Below, piece by piece: positions 46,921-56,997 of a stretch of 64,000 nucleotides of DNA; position 1 is the stretch's first letter; each line of letters begins with the position of its first letter. The DNA lies in the IMG/VR virus record IMGVR_UViG_3300045303_000152, positions 1 through 64,000 of that record; one strand, given 5' to 3'. The notes beneath the pieces are model-generated. The model did not search any database, had not been told where the DNA came from, and saw nothing but the letters and a program-made list of their open reading frames with translations. Source of the DNA: a virus. The translations under genes and the position numbers were made by a program.

Positions 46921-47271
46921 ATGGCTCGTTCGATCAAGCATGCCAAGGCCAAGGGCGCGACCGTCACCAAGGCCAATGGCAAGGCCAAGTCGGCCAAGTC
47001 GCGCAAGGGCGCCAAGTCGCGCAAGGGCGCCAAGTCGCGCGTTGTCGCTCGCGAGTACCAGCCCAAGCCCGGTACCGGGCTCGAGTTCACCGACGACACG
47101 CGCATCACTGTGCTAGTGCGCGAAAACCCGAAGCGTGGCAAATCGGCCAAGCGCTTCGCAGGGTACCTCACCAAAAAGCCGAAAACCGTCGCGGCCGCGA
47201 TTGCCGCCGGCCTCACCCGCGCCGACATTCGCTGGGATGCCGGCAAGGGTTTCATCAAGCTGGGCAAGTAA
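46921..47271 (+). CDS. histone-like Lys/Ala-rich DNA-binding protein
   Basis: AKSRKG tandem repeats, C-terminal NPKR..S..RF..Y...DIRWD..KGFI domain; GGGGTTTAC SD. Confidence 0.75.
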   Translation: MARSIKHAKAKGATVTKANGKAKSAKSRKGAKSRKGAKSRVVAREYQPKPGTGLEFTDDTRITVLVRENPKRGKSAKRFAGYLTKKPKTVAAAIAAGLTRADIRWDAGKGFIKLGK

Positions 47272-47327
47272 GCTCGGCTAGTCGCGTGGTAGCGTAGCGC
47301 GTCAAACATCAGCCCACAAACTGCAAC

Positions 47328-47379
47328 GCCCACGCGCACACGGTTGCCAAGCTGGCGATTGTGTGGCGTGGGCTTTTTT
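47328..47379 (+). terminator. long-stem intrinsic terminator
   Basis: GCCCACGC...GCGTGGGC stem followed by TTTTTT. Confidence 0.75.
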
Positions 47380-47412
47380 GTTTGTACACTACCAATCATC
47401 ATGGGGGTTCAC

Positions 47413-47701
47413 ATGCTCGACAAGCTTTGCGCGTGGGCATACCGGCTGCCGTTTCGTTTGTGCGAGCCGGCTTACCTGCGAGCCGACTACTGGCGCGAGG
47501 TGCATCATGCATCGCGGCATACATAAGCTAATTCACCAATGGGTTGCTCGGCACAACGTTTGGGCAATCATAGCGTTTTGTGTACTGATGATTTACGCAC
47601 CTCGCGTGCTGCAAGTCGCGTGGCCGTTCATTGGCCAGCTAGCTTGCGCGACAATCGTAGCCTGCGCGGTCGCGGCAATCGTCGCACGCTTCACACGTTG
47701 A
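47413..47701 (+). CDS. two small ORFs (47413-47526; 47507-47701, two TM helices)
   Basis: GGGGGTTCAC and GAGGTG SDs. Confidence 0.55.
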
Positions 47702-47706
47702 ACGTT

Positions 47707-47892
47707 TCGCCTCACGGGCTCGCACGATGCGAGCTTGTGGGCCGACACGTGGCGCAATCATGTGTCGGGCTTGTTGCCGCGCGCCAAGTACGGCGCAACG
47801 CCTGATGAGGTTAGCCGGGTTCAACCCGTTACCCGCTAAACCTCATTGGCCGTTGCACTGAGCGGCGGGCGCGCTGGCGATTGTCAGCGTGC
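47707..47892 (+). repeat. multi-hairpin element, copies 3 and 4 in tandem
   Basis: copy 3: CGCC-T-CAC../..GTG-GGC, CGACACGTG/CATGTGTCG-G; copy 4: CGCC-T-GATGAGGTT/AACCTCATT-GGC, CGTTGC/GCGGCG-G. Confidence 0.75.
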
Positions 47893-47916
47893 AAACTAAA
47901 CTCAATGGGGGTTCAT

Positions 47917-48099
47917 GTGCGATACGCAATTGTTGACTTGCGCACCGGGGAAACCATGCGCGTTTGCGTCAGCATGCTCGCAGCGTTGCGTGAGGTGCGG
48001 CGCTTCAATGACCACGCGGCACAATGGCACGGCGCCTTGTCGCGCTACGCGATTGTGCCGACTTATGACGCGGCGAACCTTTGCGGGTTCGAACTGTGA
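47917..48099 (+). CDS. hypothetical protein (GTG start)
   Basis: GGGGGTTCAT SD; VRYAIVDLRTGE. Confidence 0.55.
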   Translation: MRYAIVDLRTGETMRVCVSMLAALREVRRFNDHAAQWHGALSRYAIVPTYDAANLCGFEL

Positions 48100-48181
48100 C
48101 GCCTGACAAGCTGCGAGCCTCGCACGTTCGCAGCTTGTCGGCCGCTACAGGCTAGCGGCGCCTCGCAATCGTGCGAGGTGC
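48100..48181 (+). repeat. multi-hairpin element, copy 5
   Basis: CGCC-T-GACAAGCTGCGA/TCGCAGCTTGTC-GGC, CGCTA/TAGCG-G, CGCCTCGCA/TGCGAGGTG. Confidence 0.75.
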
Positions 48182-48198
48182 AATCGACGGGGGTTCAC

Positions 48199-48426
48199 AT
48201 GATGCAATCGCATAGCGTCACTCAGTTGCGCCACGCCATGACTCACGGCCACTATCGCCGCATGCGCGCGGGTGACCTGTTGACGGGCTTGGTGCTCGGC
48301 ATGGCACTCGGCATGGCACTCGGCACAATCATCACGCTCGCATGCCTGCGACTTGATGAACTGACGCACAGCAGCGCCCGCGCGGTCGTGAGCGAGCGCA
48401 CGTGCATCGAGGCGATGTTACGCTAA
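48199..48426 (+). CDS. small membrane protein
   Basis: GGGGGTTCAC SD; LVLGMALGMALG helix. Confidence 0.6.
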   Translation: MMQSHSVTQLRHAMTHGHYRRMRAGDLLTGLVLGMALGMALGTIITLACLRLDELTHSSARAVVSERTCIEAMLR

Positions 48427-48435
48427 CCCGCTGCT

Positions 48436-48502
48436 GCCTGCTGCTACCCTCGCGAGGGTAGCAGTGGCCAGCAACGGCAGTTGTATCCGCAACACCGTTG
48501 CT
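48436..48502 (+). repeat. multi-hairpin element, copy 6 (divergent)
   Basis: GCC-T-GCTGCTACCCT/AGGGTAGCAGT-GGC, then AGCAACGG/CCGTTGCT. Confidence 0.6.
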
Positions 48503-48887
48503 TGTCGCACGCAAGCCGAGTTGTATATCAAAGTAGTTCATGTTGGAATTGCAACTTGTTGGTGTGTCAGCGGTCGCGGTCGCGAGGCTCGCGAGGGTAG
48601 CTGGCCACGGGCTTGCGAGGCGCGATGCCGCATATGGTCACAATGGGGCCTAGCGCGGTCGCTGGCTCGCATCGTGCGAGGTGCGGCACTGCCCTAGCCG
48701 CGCGCGGTCGCTGGCCACGGGCGACGCTGCTAGGGGGCTTGCGTGCGTTGCGTGACGTGCGGTCGCTGGCCAGCTCGGCAGCTTGCCCAGCTCGGGGCCG
48801 ACCGTGGCAGAGTTGTATAGTCAACAGAAGTCGAGTTTCCTCAACCTGAGGTTTCAATGCACATACATCTTCGCCTTGACTGTACAT

Positions 48888-48958
48888 CTGAACCGCGTTC
48901 ATCTTGTAGCTACATTCTGAACCGCGTTCATCTTGCATATGCATCTGATCAGCGTTCA
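48888..48958. repeat. three tandem units of about 29 bp with palindromic core TGAAC-CGC-GTTCA
   Basis: CTGAACCGCGTTCATCTTG exact at 48888 and 48917; degenerate third core at 48946. Confidence 0.8.
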
Positions 48959-49424
48959 GTTGCATGTCGAACGCAGGCAGGCAGGCGGCGGCTCCTTGTA
49001 ATCGGCCTCGGTCGCCTCGGTCGCGCCGAAGTCCAGCAAATCTGAGATTTGTCTTGGGAAAATCTTAAATCTGAAGCTCGAAGCTTTTTGCCTCGGTCGC
49101 TTTTTCAACAATTCAATTCGAAACTTTCACAAACGATCCTTATGACGCCGCCCCACGCGCGGGCGCGCGCTGCCATGTTGTTGACGATTTGCTCGGCGAT
49201 GCTGGGCAACTCCTTAGCAACAGATGCAGCTTTTGCTATAAGCTCAACGCTGAGCGATAGCACTAGCCTTGGGCTAGATCTACAGCATTGTTGCAAATCG
49301 TACATCGTATGATCGGCATGCGAGGTTCGAAAAACGGTTTTTCAATTTCGATTTGGATTTTCCAAGTTCAAAATTTCCAAGTGCCAGTGAGGAAGCAACC
49401 AGTGCAACAAGTGAGGAGCGTGCT

Positions 49425-51520
49425 ATGAAAGTGTCAGAAGCAGGCGTGCTGACATTTCAGGGGGTCAGCTTCAATTACACCCTGAGGAAGCCAGAGCACT
49501 ATCGCAGTGCGATGTTTCAATACTGCAATCGCAACGCCTTCAAGGTTGAAGATAGCAGAATATGGGGCATCGAGCTGGAACATGCAATCGAGTGCTTACG
49601 CAAGTACGCGCAACTGAAGCTGCCCGACATCATCGCCGATCAAGAGGCGATGTTTCGAGCTCTCGGCTTCAACGTAACGTGGGGCACTAACAGCAAGGCC
49701 CAACACGTCATCATCATTCACTAAGGAGAAAGGATCATGCCCGCCCCGTTAGGCAAAACGATCAGGCTCGAAACCTACAAGAAGAATGTGTACCGATGCG
49801 TAACGAACATTCGGTATCAAGAAACCCAACTGCATGAGCTAACGATGCAGTTGGCCGGAACTACAAACCTGTACCGTCAGTCGAAGCTGCGCAAGCTTAT
49901 CAAGAATAAGCACTTCACCATCGCACGCTGGCGTGACAAGTTAAAGTTCGAGAATGCTCGCGAGATAGAACCTGAGCCTAGACCAACACGAGTACGCTAA
50001 CCTGCACTGCACAGTCTGACACTCAATGGAGCATGACTATGCCTATCAGCCGAAAGACCAACCTGCCGCCCACCAAGCCCAAGGTAAAGGTAGAAGAAGC
50101 TGCGCCTACCCCAAGCGTCGAGTACAAGCCTTCTACAACCAAATACCTGTTCACGCCCAAGCATCACCGCAAGCTCGCTGAGTTCTGCGCTGCTCATATC
50201 AAGAAGGTTGAGCAGCGTGAGCGTGAGCAAGCATGGCAAATGGCCTATGATATGGGCGAGATGTTACAAGCCGACCATCGCGAGCACTTCAAGCCAACTG
50301 AGTTCTTCGCGCTGGTACATCAGCTAGTAGACCAGAAGTAAACTGCACACACTGCACAACTAACAAATGGAGCACTACTATGCCTAGGTTCGAATACATG
50401 AAGCTCAATCTTAGTCATGAAGATCGTGACGGCGATGATGTGGATAGCTTGAACTACTACGGCGAGCAGGGTTGGCAAGTCATCGCCGTGCAAGTGAACG
50501 GCATGGCATATCTGATGCGGGCTGTAGAAGAAACTACTAGTGCAACCGTCGACACGCCACCTGCAAGCCCGCGTGGTGTGCTGACGCTCGACGTAACATC
50601 CTTCGACCGCAAGGCTGATGAGACAATGTTGCGCGAGCTACACATACTGCGCAAACTGGCTACACAGGAAATAACGAAGTTGTCAGAGTTTGTTGAGGTG
50701 GTTCAATATCTGGAACCGACCGTCGAGTATGCGTCGGTAGTAGCGCTGCTCGACAGGCTCGAGAACGTCGGCGTGGTTACGCGGCCCCAGAAGGGCAAAT
50801 ATACGGCAGGCCCGAATGCACAGCAATATATGCTGCTACTTATTCAAACGCTGACGGAACGGAAAGTAGAAATACCCAATGGGGTTCACAAGAAGTAAGC
50901 AGCGCCTAAACCAAACCAGCTAATGAGGGGGAATATCAAATGCCCGCGACTGACAACGCCTTGATGGCAAAGCCTCGTAATGTGGATGTTACCGATGCAC
51001 GCACCCCGATGTGGATTGTACGCAAGATCGTACATCGCTTGGTGCTCGACTTCGGCAGCATCTACGTGGTTGATCAGATACAAGTGGCGATGGTTGGCAA
51101 GGCGTATGGGTTTATGGTCAGTTTCGAACTGACGCCCCAATCACCAAACGTGGAGTTGATGTTCAACGTGAGAATTGCGTACTTCGACTATGTTGGGGAG
51201 ATCAAGTGGTGTTGCCTTACTACCAGAAATGAGGTAACTGGGAGGTGGCAGTAATGTCAACACAATACGCCGTCATGCGGCGGAGGGAAGTGAATATGTG
51301 GTATGTTGAGATGTGCAATGGCAAACGTCACGGCCCATTCGAAAGCTATGAAGATGCTAACCAAATGGCTAGCGACGACGTAGCCAGAATATACCGGGTT
51401 CACAGCGTATCTCATCTACTGGCCTATGACAGAGCCATGCGCGAGCGGCGTGGCAAGCTGTCGCCCATAACGCTGCCAACGCCAGATCACCCGGCATTGC
51501 GGCGCCTGCTTGACGAGTAG
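49425..51520 (+). CDS. run of small hypothetical genes (49425-49724, 49737-50000, 50033-50341, 50380-50898, 50940-51254, 51254-51520)
   Basis: tightly packed with GGAG SDs; 50380-50898 has a DUF4177-like N-terminus and a winged-helix-like C-terminus. Confidence 0.65.
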
Positions 51521-51581
51521 TCGTTCTACCCCAATTACCCCTAGCTATTAATGTAGATCTAGTACCATTAGCTGCCCTAGC

Positions 51582-51619
51582 TAGCACCCTAGCGCCCAAA
51601 ATTGCTGAACGCTGTATAT
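51582..51619. repeat. dispersed repeat, copy 2 (see 12626-12655)
   Basis: identical 10-mer and 18-mer blocks. Confidence 0.8.
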
Positions 51620-51656
51620 GCACTAATAGCTACCAGATTTCGACCGTAAATCGCGT

Positions 51657-52295
51657 ATGTTTCGAGTACCGGCCAACGCCGAACCCTACAAACCAACGTC
51701 AACTTATGAAGAGGAACTAACCATGCCTGCATTCATCAATGCCGCGACTGGCAAGCCTGAGAAGAAGCGCATGCGAATGGAAACTACGATGCAAAGCGGC
51801 AATCGCCCATTGTCATTCGAGGATGCGTGCAAAAGGTTCAAGAAGCGCTTCACCCTCGATCACACACCGGGCTGGGCGCGTCACATCGTCGAGCGCACGG
51901 GCAAGTATCCGGCTCCTCGGTACAACAGCGACGTGGAATGGTACCAACGGTCGGAGTTCATCGGTTTCGCTACGACCGGCAGCCGTAAGTACATTCGTGA
52001 GAACGACCCGACATGGCCGGTTGGTCGCTGGCTCGATAAGCCGTTCAAGCGTGAGGAGTTTGGCAAGGTAGCCAAGGCCAAGCAGAAAGCCGAGCGTTAT
52101 GGCACGCAGCGCAAAACGTTGAGTAATCCTACTCCCAAGGCTTTGCAAGAGCTCGATCGGCTGATTACCGCTACCAAGCCCGCTGCACCAACTCAAACGG
52201 TGCCAAAAGGTCGGATCAGCGGTAAGAAGGCCAATCACCGGCCGACCAAAGCTGGCAAGAAGCCGACCAACGGCAACAAGAACGGCAAGAAGTGA
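51657..52295 (+). CDS. hypothetical protein with a Lys-rich tail (probable start ATG 51723)
   Basis: GAGGA SD before MPAFIN. Confidence 0.65.
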   Translation: MFRVPANAEPYKPTSTYEEELTMPAFINAATGKPEKKRMRMETTMQSGNRPLSFEDACKRFKKRFTLDHTPGWARHIVERTGKYPAPRYNSDVEWYQRSEFIGFATTGSRKYIRENDPTWPVGRWLDKPFKREEFGKVAKAKQKAERYGTQRKTLSNPTPKALQELDRLITATKPAAPTQTVPKGRISGKKANHRPTKAGKKPTNGNKNGKK

Positions 52296-52323
52296 ACAAA
52301 CGTCAACTCAAGGAACGTGCGTC

Positions 52324-52530
52324 ATGAGCGAGTCTGAAGCAGTTGCGTGGGTAGCACTGGGCTGGTGCTACTTCTGGGGAGCCATAGTTTCATTTGTACT
52401 GGTCTATATGCTTCGTGCTCCTGATCCAACAATAAATAGGTGGATTGTGCTGGTAACTTTCTCATGGCCAGTAACAATGCCTTGGATGATCGTTGATGCA
52501 CTCGCCAACATGGTGAAGGACAAGAAATGA
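52324..52530 (+). CDS. small membrane protein
   Basis: two TM helices; similar to 53730..53984 (ALGW.YFWG, WPV..P). Confidence 0.65.
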   Translation: MSESEAVAWVALGWCYFWGAIVSFVLVYMLRAPDPTINRWIVLVTFSWPVTMPWMIVDALANMVKDKK

Positions 52531-53492
52531 AAGCGCGCACATTCGACAAGGCCGATGTGTACGAGCGCATAACTGCTCAGATTATTAAGGACGTTGAGGC
52601 TGGGACGATACCCTGGCTGATACCCTGGTCACATTCTAAAGCCACTCAGGCTCGAGATTTGACCTTGCAAGACGTGTGGCCGGCTAACGCAATCACCGGC
52701 CACCTGTACAACGGCGCAAACGTGTTTCAATGCTGGATGCATCAGTCAAGGCTGAAGGCAGAAGGGCCACCGCTGTTCTTAACCTTCAAGCAAGCGAAGG
52801 CAGCCGGCGGCTACGTGCGCAAAGGAGAGCAGAGCATCATCGTCATCGGCTTCAACAGTGGCTTGAAGAAAGTCGAGCAGGACGATGGTACGACCAAAAC
52901 CAAAAAGACTTTCTATGCGTTCGGCCACTTCGTATTTCACATCAGCCAATGTGAGAATGTGAAGCTGCCAAAGCGCAAGCCCATAGAGCGACCCGTGGGC
53001 CTCGACGATGACAAGGCATGGCAGGCGTTCATCAAAGCTACCGGAGCAGACATTCGCCACGGTGGCACGAGTGCTCACTACAAGCCCATCGCAGACTACA
53101 TACAAATGCCGACGGCCAAGGCGTTCAAGACTAAGGATGATTACAAGGCTGTCGAGTTGCACGAGTTGACACACTGGACAAGCCACAAGACTAGGTGCGA
53201 CAGGCCAATCATGCACATGTTCCAAAGCGAGGGCTACGCAAAGGAGGAGCTGATTGCCGAGCTGGGCAGTGCATTTCTATGTGCCAAGCTGGGCGTCGTG
53301 CAAAAGACTGTGCGTCACGCCGACTATGTTGGCGATTGGCTGAAAGTGCTCAAGAACGACAAGCGCGCCATCGTGCGCGCTGCGTCGCAGGCAATGAAGG
53401 CCACAACCTTCATTGAGACGCTGGTAGGTGATGCGTTGAAACCAAAAGTGAAGCGCAAGCGTTTGAAACCATCGAAAGGAAAAAGGCGATGA
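52527..53492 (+). CDS. ardC: ArdC-family antirestriction protein (ssDNA-binding plus zincin-like domain)
   Basis: YERIT..II..VEAG..PW..PW, N..TG..Y.G.N, TFKQA...GG.VRKGE, HELTHWT, YAKEELIAELGSAFLCA. Confidence 0.92.
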   Translation: MKARTFDKADVYERITAQIIKDVEAGTIPWLIPWSHSKATQARDLTLQDVWPANAITGHLYNGANVFQCWMHQSRLKAEGPPLFLTFKQAKAAGGYVRKGEQSIIVIGFNSGLKKVEQDDGTTKTKKTFYAFGHFVFHISQCENVKLPKRKPIERPVGLDDDKAWQAFIKATGADIRHGGTSAHYKPIADYIQMPTAKAFKTKDDYKAVELHELTHWTSHKTRCDRPIMHMFQSEGYAKEELIAELGSAFLCAKLGVVQKTVRHADYVGDWLKVLKNDKRAIVRAASQAMKATTFIETLVGDALKPKVKRKRLKPSKGKRR

Positions 53493-56400
53493 CCCCAAGA
53501 CACGGCGTAGCAGCAGCGACCTTCTTCACAGGCACGAGAAAGAATGGTGACAAGGTATGGATCAACGTGGCTGAAATAACCACGATGATCGACCACACCG
53601 ACAAGAAGAAACCTGACAACAGGTACACCATCATCGCAACGGTGCATGGCGTGAGCCAGCAAGCTATGTTTCTGAACGAAACGCCAGAAACCCTGATCGC
53701 CACGGCGGTAACGATAGTCGGGTAAGCCCATGTCAACTCGAGAAACGCTGCTGGTGCTGGCATTGGGTTGGCTCTATTTCTGGGGCCTGTTCATAACATT
53801 CTGCTTTCAAATGCTGACGGTAGCCTATTTCAAACAGACTAAGGAGATGAACGGCCTGCATTTGGCCTACATCATCTTCTTATGCATATGCTGGCCTGTT
53901 AGCTTACCCAAGGCTGGCGTGCCAGCTATCGGCGACATGCTGTCAACGTTGGCAGCTCACATCAAGCAAAGGAGAAAGAAGTGAGAGTGTTCAGGCGCCT
54001 GTCAGATGATGGGCATGCTTCTGTATTCAAGTCAAGGGTAAGCGCCGGCATGATCGTACTGGAAATTGCCTATGCGCATGGCTTGGCCAGAATGATCACA
54101 ACCTTATCCAAGGAGGAGGCCAAGCGTTACGCAACGTGGTTACTAAGCAAAACGGAGTGAGCTAATGACTGGGGGTCACATGACGTTCATTGAGGAATAC
54201 CTAGGCTGGGAGATATACCTCGATATGCCAGCGAAGATGTACTACGCAATAGATCCTAGTAGCGGCACTCGCTACGGGCCTAGCCGCAGTCGAGCCGACT
54301 TGAAACTCTATATCAACAGAGTAAAAAGTAGCTTTAGCCTGTAACAATTAACATTCAAAGAAAGGAGAACTGACCATGCCGCAACTTGCGAGAGTTACCG
54401 TGCTGATGGGCCTAGTCACGGCATTTGCCATCGTGCTGGCTATCAGCTTGATCGTGATATTCGGGTAGTCTGCAAAAGTTCAAAATTGAACTTCACCAAG
54501 GAGAGGGAAATATGAGCGAGCATCGAGACGTGCGTAGTGACGCTTATTGGCAGGAGTGGGCCGATAACTACAAGCCGACGCCAAGTGGTCCACAGCCAAC
54601 CGCCACGGGTTATCTGCTGCTGGCGGCGTATGGTAAGGCTAAGCGGGCACTCATTCGGCTGGTGTGCTTTGTGTACCAGCACGACATCGAGACTGAAGAG
54701 TGGGATGAAGTCAACTACAAGATCGAAAACATACCCTGGCACTGCCGGCGTTGCGGTGCTGGCGGCATAACCCGCTAAGGCTAAGCTTCAACACAATCAG
54801 GCAGTATGTAAACTCTAAGGAAGAGAGGGATCGAGCTATGGCTAAAACAACCCAAGTCTGCATCAATGAGAACTGCGTGTTCGTGTTTCAGACCAATCAC
54901 GGCTCGCTAGTAGTGAGGTTCGAGAAGGTAGGCACCCGTGATACTATTTACAGCGTCGTGACCTATCAGGACAAAAACAATACAATCATCGGGCCGAACA
55001 TCGGCTACGCGTTCAAGCCGAGAAACAGCAACGAGGCGTGAGCATATGTGGATACACAAAGTAGAACGAATATTAAAGGAGGGAACTATGGATGTGCAAA
55101 TCGAGGCGATGCGTTGTCAAGTATCGAACGTGTTCTACCCTCATTGGGCACTCAGAAGGGTAGCGCTTGATACTAGCAAGGACACCGGCAAGAGCATCAT
55201 CGTGCATGAGCCGTTGGCTCGAATGACAGCAACGGCTGTAAGGAACAATAGCCTAGAAGCTTTTGTGAAGCTGGTACGACTGTCGCAAACACTAAAAGAC
55301 ATAAAGGAGTGAGTAGCATGGGGAAGAACAGACGTAAGCCAATCGAGCGCAAGCGGCTAGGCCCAGTCGGTGGGCGATACTCGACGCCGTTCTTGAACTA
55401 TGGCGCGGGCGTTATGAAGGTAACGCCACGACCCATCGACATCAAGATACCTCGCCGCTTGCTGCTTGCCTTGCAAGTACGTGAGGATAGCAAAAAAGAA
55501 TGGGGTAACCTGCGCGCGCATTCGATCAACCAGTACACACCCGAAAGCCAGAAAAACAAGCTAAGAAAGGAACTCGAGTACTTGCGTGAGGGTTGGATGG
55601 TGAATGCCTACTTCGGTAGCAATGCATCATTCAGAATTCACGAGGTTTACACCCGGCCCGAGGCAGCCACCTACTAAGGAACATGAATATCATGACAAAG
55701 AAAGCAAAGAAAAAGCTCAACGGCGTTCACGTGCAAGTCGCAGCGGAGCCAATCGAAGCACCTCAATACCTGGGGCACAAGCCGCGCATGGGTAAAGGCA
55801 ATAAGATCGCCTTGGCCCGAGCAATAGCAGCAGCACGCAACGCCGCTCGCAAGAGCAACTTGTTCGACGGCATCAGGGGGCACGGCATCGTGATACTCAT
55901 AGATGCTGCATTGCAGGATGCATTCTTACCCAAGGGCAAGATCGAGGTGCGCCGCGAGGGGGATCGCTTACAACAAGCATTGAAGCTAGTGAGAGACAGC
56001 CAGCGCATGCAGCAGGCACCGCCAGGATTGCTAACCTAATGGAGCCAGAAATGAAACACAAGCTAAAGCCCAAGGCTAAACCTAAGCTTGAGGAGTACAT
56101 ATACGCAATCGCAAATCCAGTCACCGGCATGGAGTTGGTGCGCTCGACCTGGGCGTACTCACTGCAGGAAGCTACTCGCCAAACTGAGAATATTGCTCGG
56201 TGCTTTGGCAAGTCAACAGAAGTTGTTCATGTTGAGAGGGCCTGATGATTAGAATAACACTGCCCCCTTATCCAGAAGTGATCCACATCATGGGCACGCA
56301 CGGCCTACAATCGCTGACCACTGATAGATTTGCATACCTAGAGAGGGAGTACAAGCAACATCTAGCCTTGCTGGTCAGCATGCAATACCACGGCAAGTTC

Positions 56401-56831
56401 ACCGCAGATCAAATAACGGGCATGGTCTTTATCATAGGACTAATGCTGCAAGCACCCGATGGAGGTAACTGATGGCAACGTACAAACAATTCCCACACTG
56501 TCACGCATTCGCAGCCGGGCATGCTGCTGAGAACAGCATACCGCACGACGCCTTTCATCGCCTAAGGGACTGTGAGGTGTTGCAGACTGAAATCAACCTT
56601 TGGAATAGGACTGAAACCGTACTCGCTGCGCTGAAGCTAGATACTCCTGGTGGCAAAATTTCAGAGCGGCAAGCTGCACTGTTTCAGCTCGGCTATACCC
56701 AAGCAATGGGTACGGATGAAATTGCCGATGCCGCTGACGATACCGAGCGCGACAAGCTTGAGAAGGAGTACGACCAAAAGCTGGGCCTCGACGACCCGAC
56801 TATCAGAGAGTTTGTGATTTCGCTGTACTGA
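53489..56831 (+). CDS. run of small hypothetical genes (53489-53725, 53730-53984, 54512-54778, 54838-55041, 55046-55312, 55309-55677, 55683-56039, 56039-56245, 56245-56472, 56472-56831 and several below 60 aa)
   Basis: overlapping start/stop codons and SD motifs; no recognisable families. Confidence 0.6.
54476..54493. promoter_or_regulatory. operator-like palindrome AAGTTCAA-AA-TTGAACTT
   Basis: exact reverse complement of 41769-41786; intergenic, just upstream of an SD. Confidence 0.7.
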
Positions 56832-56997
56832 AAGCAAACTCAACCCTAAGGAGACTTACTATGGAACCCAAGTTGGAATTCGCATTGACTTCGTGGTGCG
56901 TGATCTGCCGTAAGTTCGTGCTCGTGCCTTGCGAGCGTGGTGAGTTCGCCAGTAGTAAGAAACCAAGCTAAGCAAGCGCAAGCTAAGGAGATTTGTA

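Noticed and set aside
47802-47850. CTGATGAG resembling a hammerhead ribozyme core
   Set aside because: No GAAA after the stem; the bases pair within the long stem of array copy 4
45998-48502. Canonical integron attC sites or a CRISPR array
   Set aside because: No RYYYAAC/GTTRRRY boxes, no identical repeats with constant-length spacers, and no integrase or cas gene in the window; kept only as an analogy
48889-48958. LexA/SOS boxes
   Set aside because: Spacing GAAC-N3-GTTC fits neither the alphaproteobacterial GTTC-N7-GTTC nor the Gram-positive GAAC-N4-GTTC consensus
49999-50380. Recurring ACTGCACA and CAATGGAGCA motifs before early genes
   Set aside because: Short and largely explained by the SD sequence; too few copies to support a separate element
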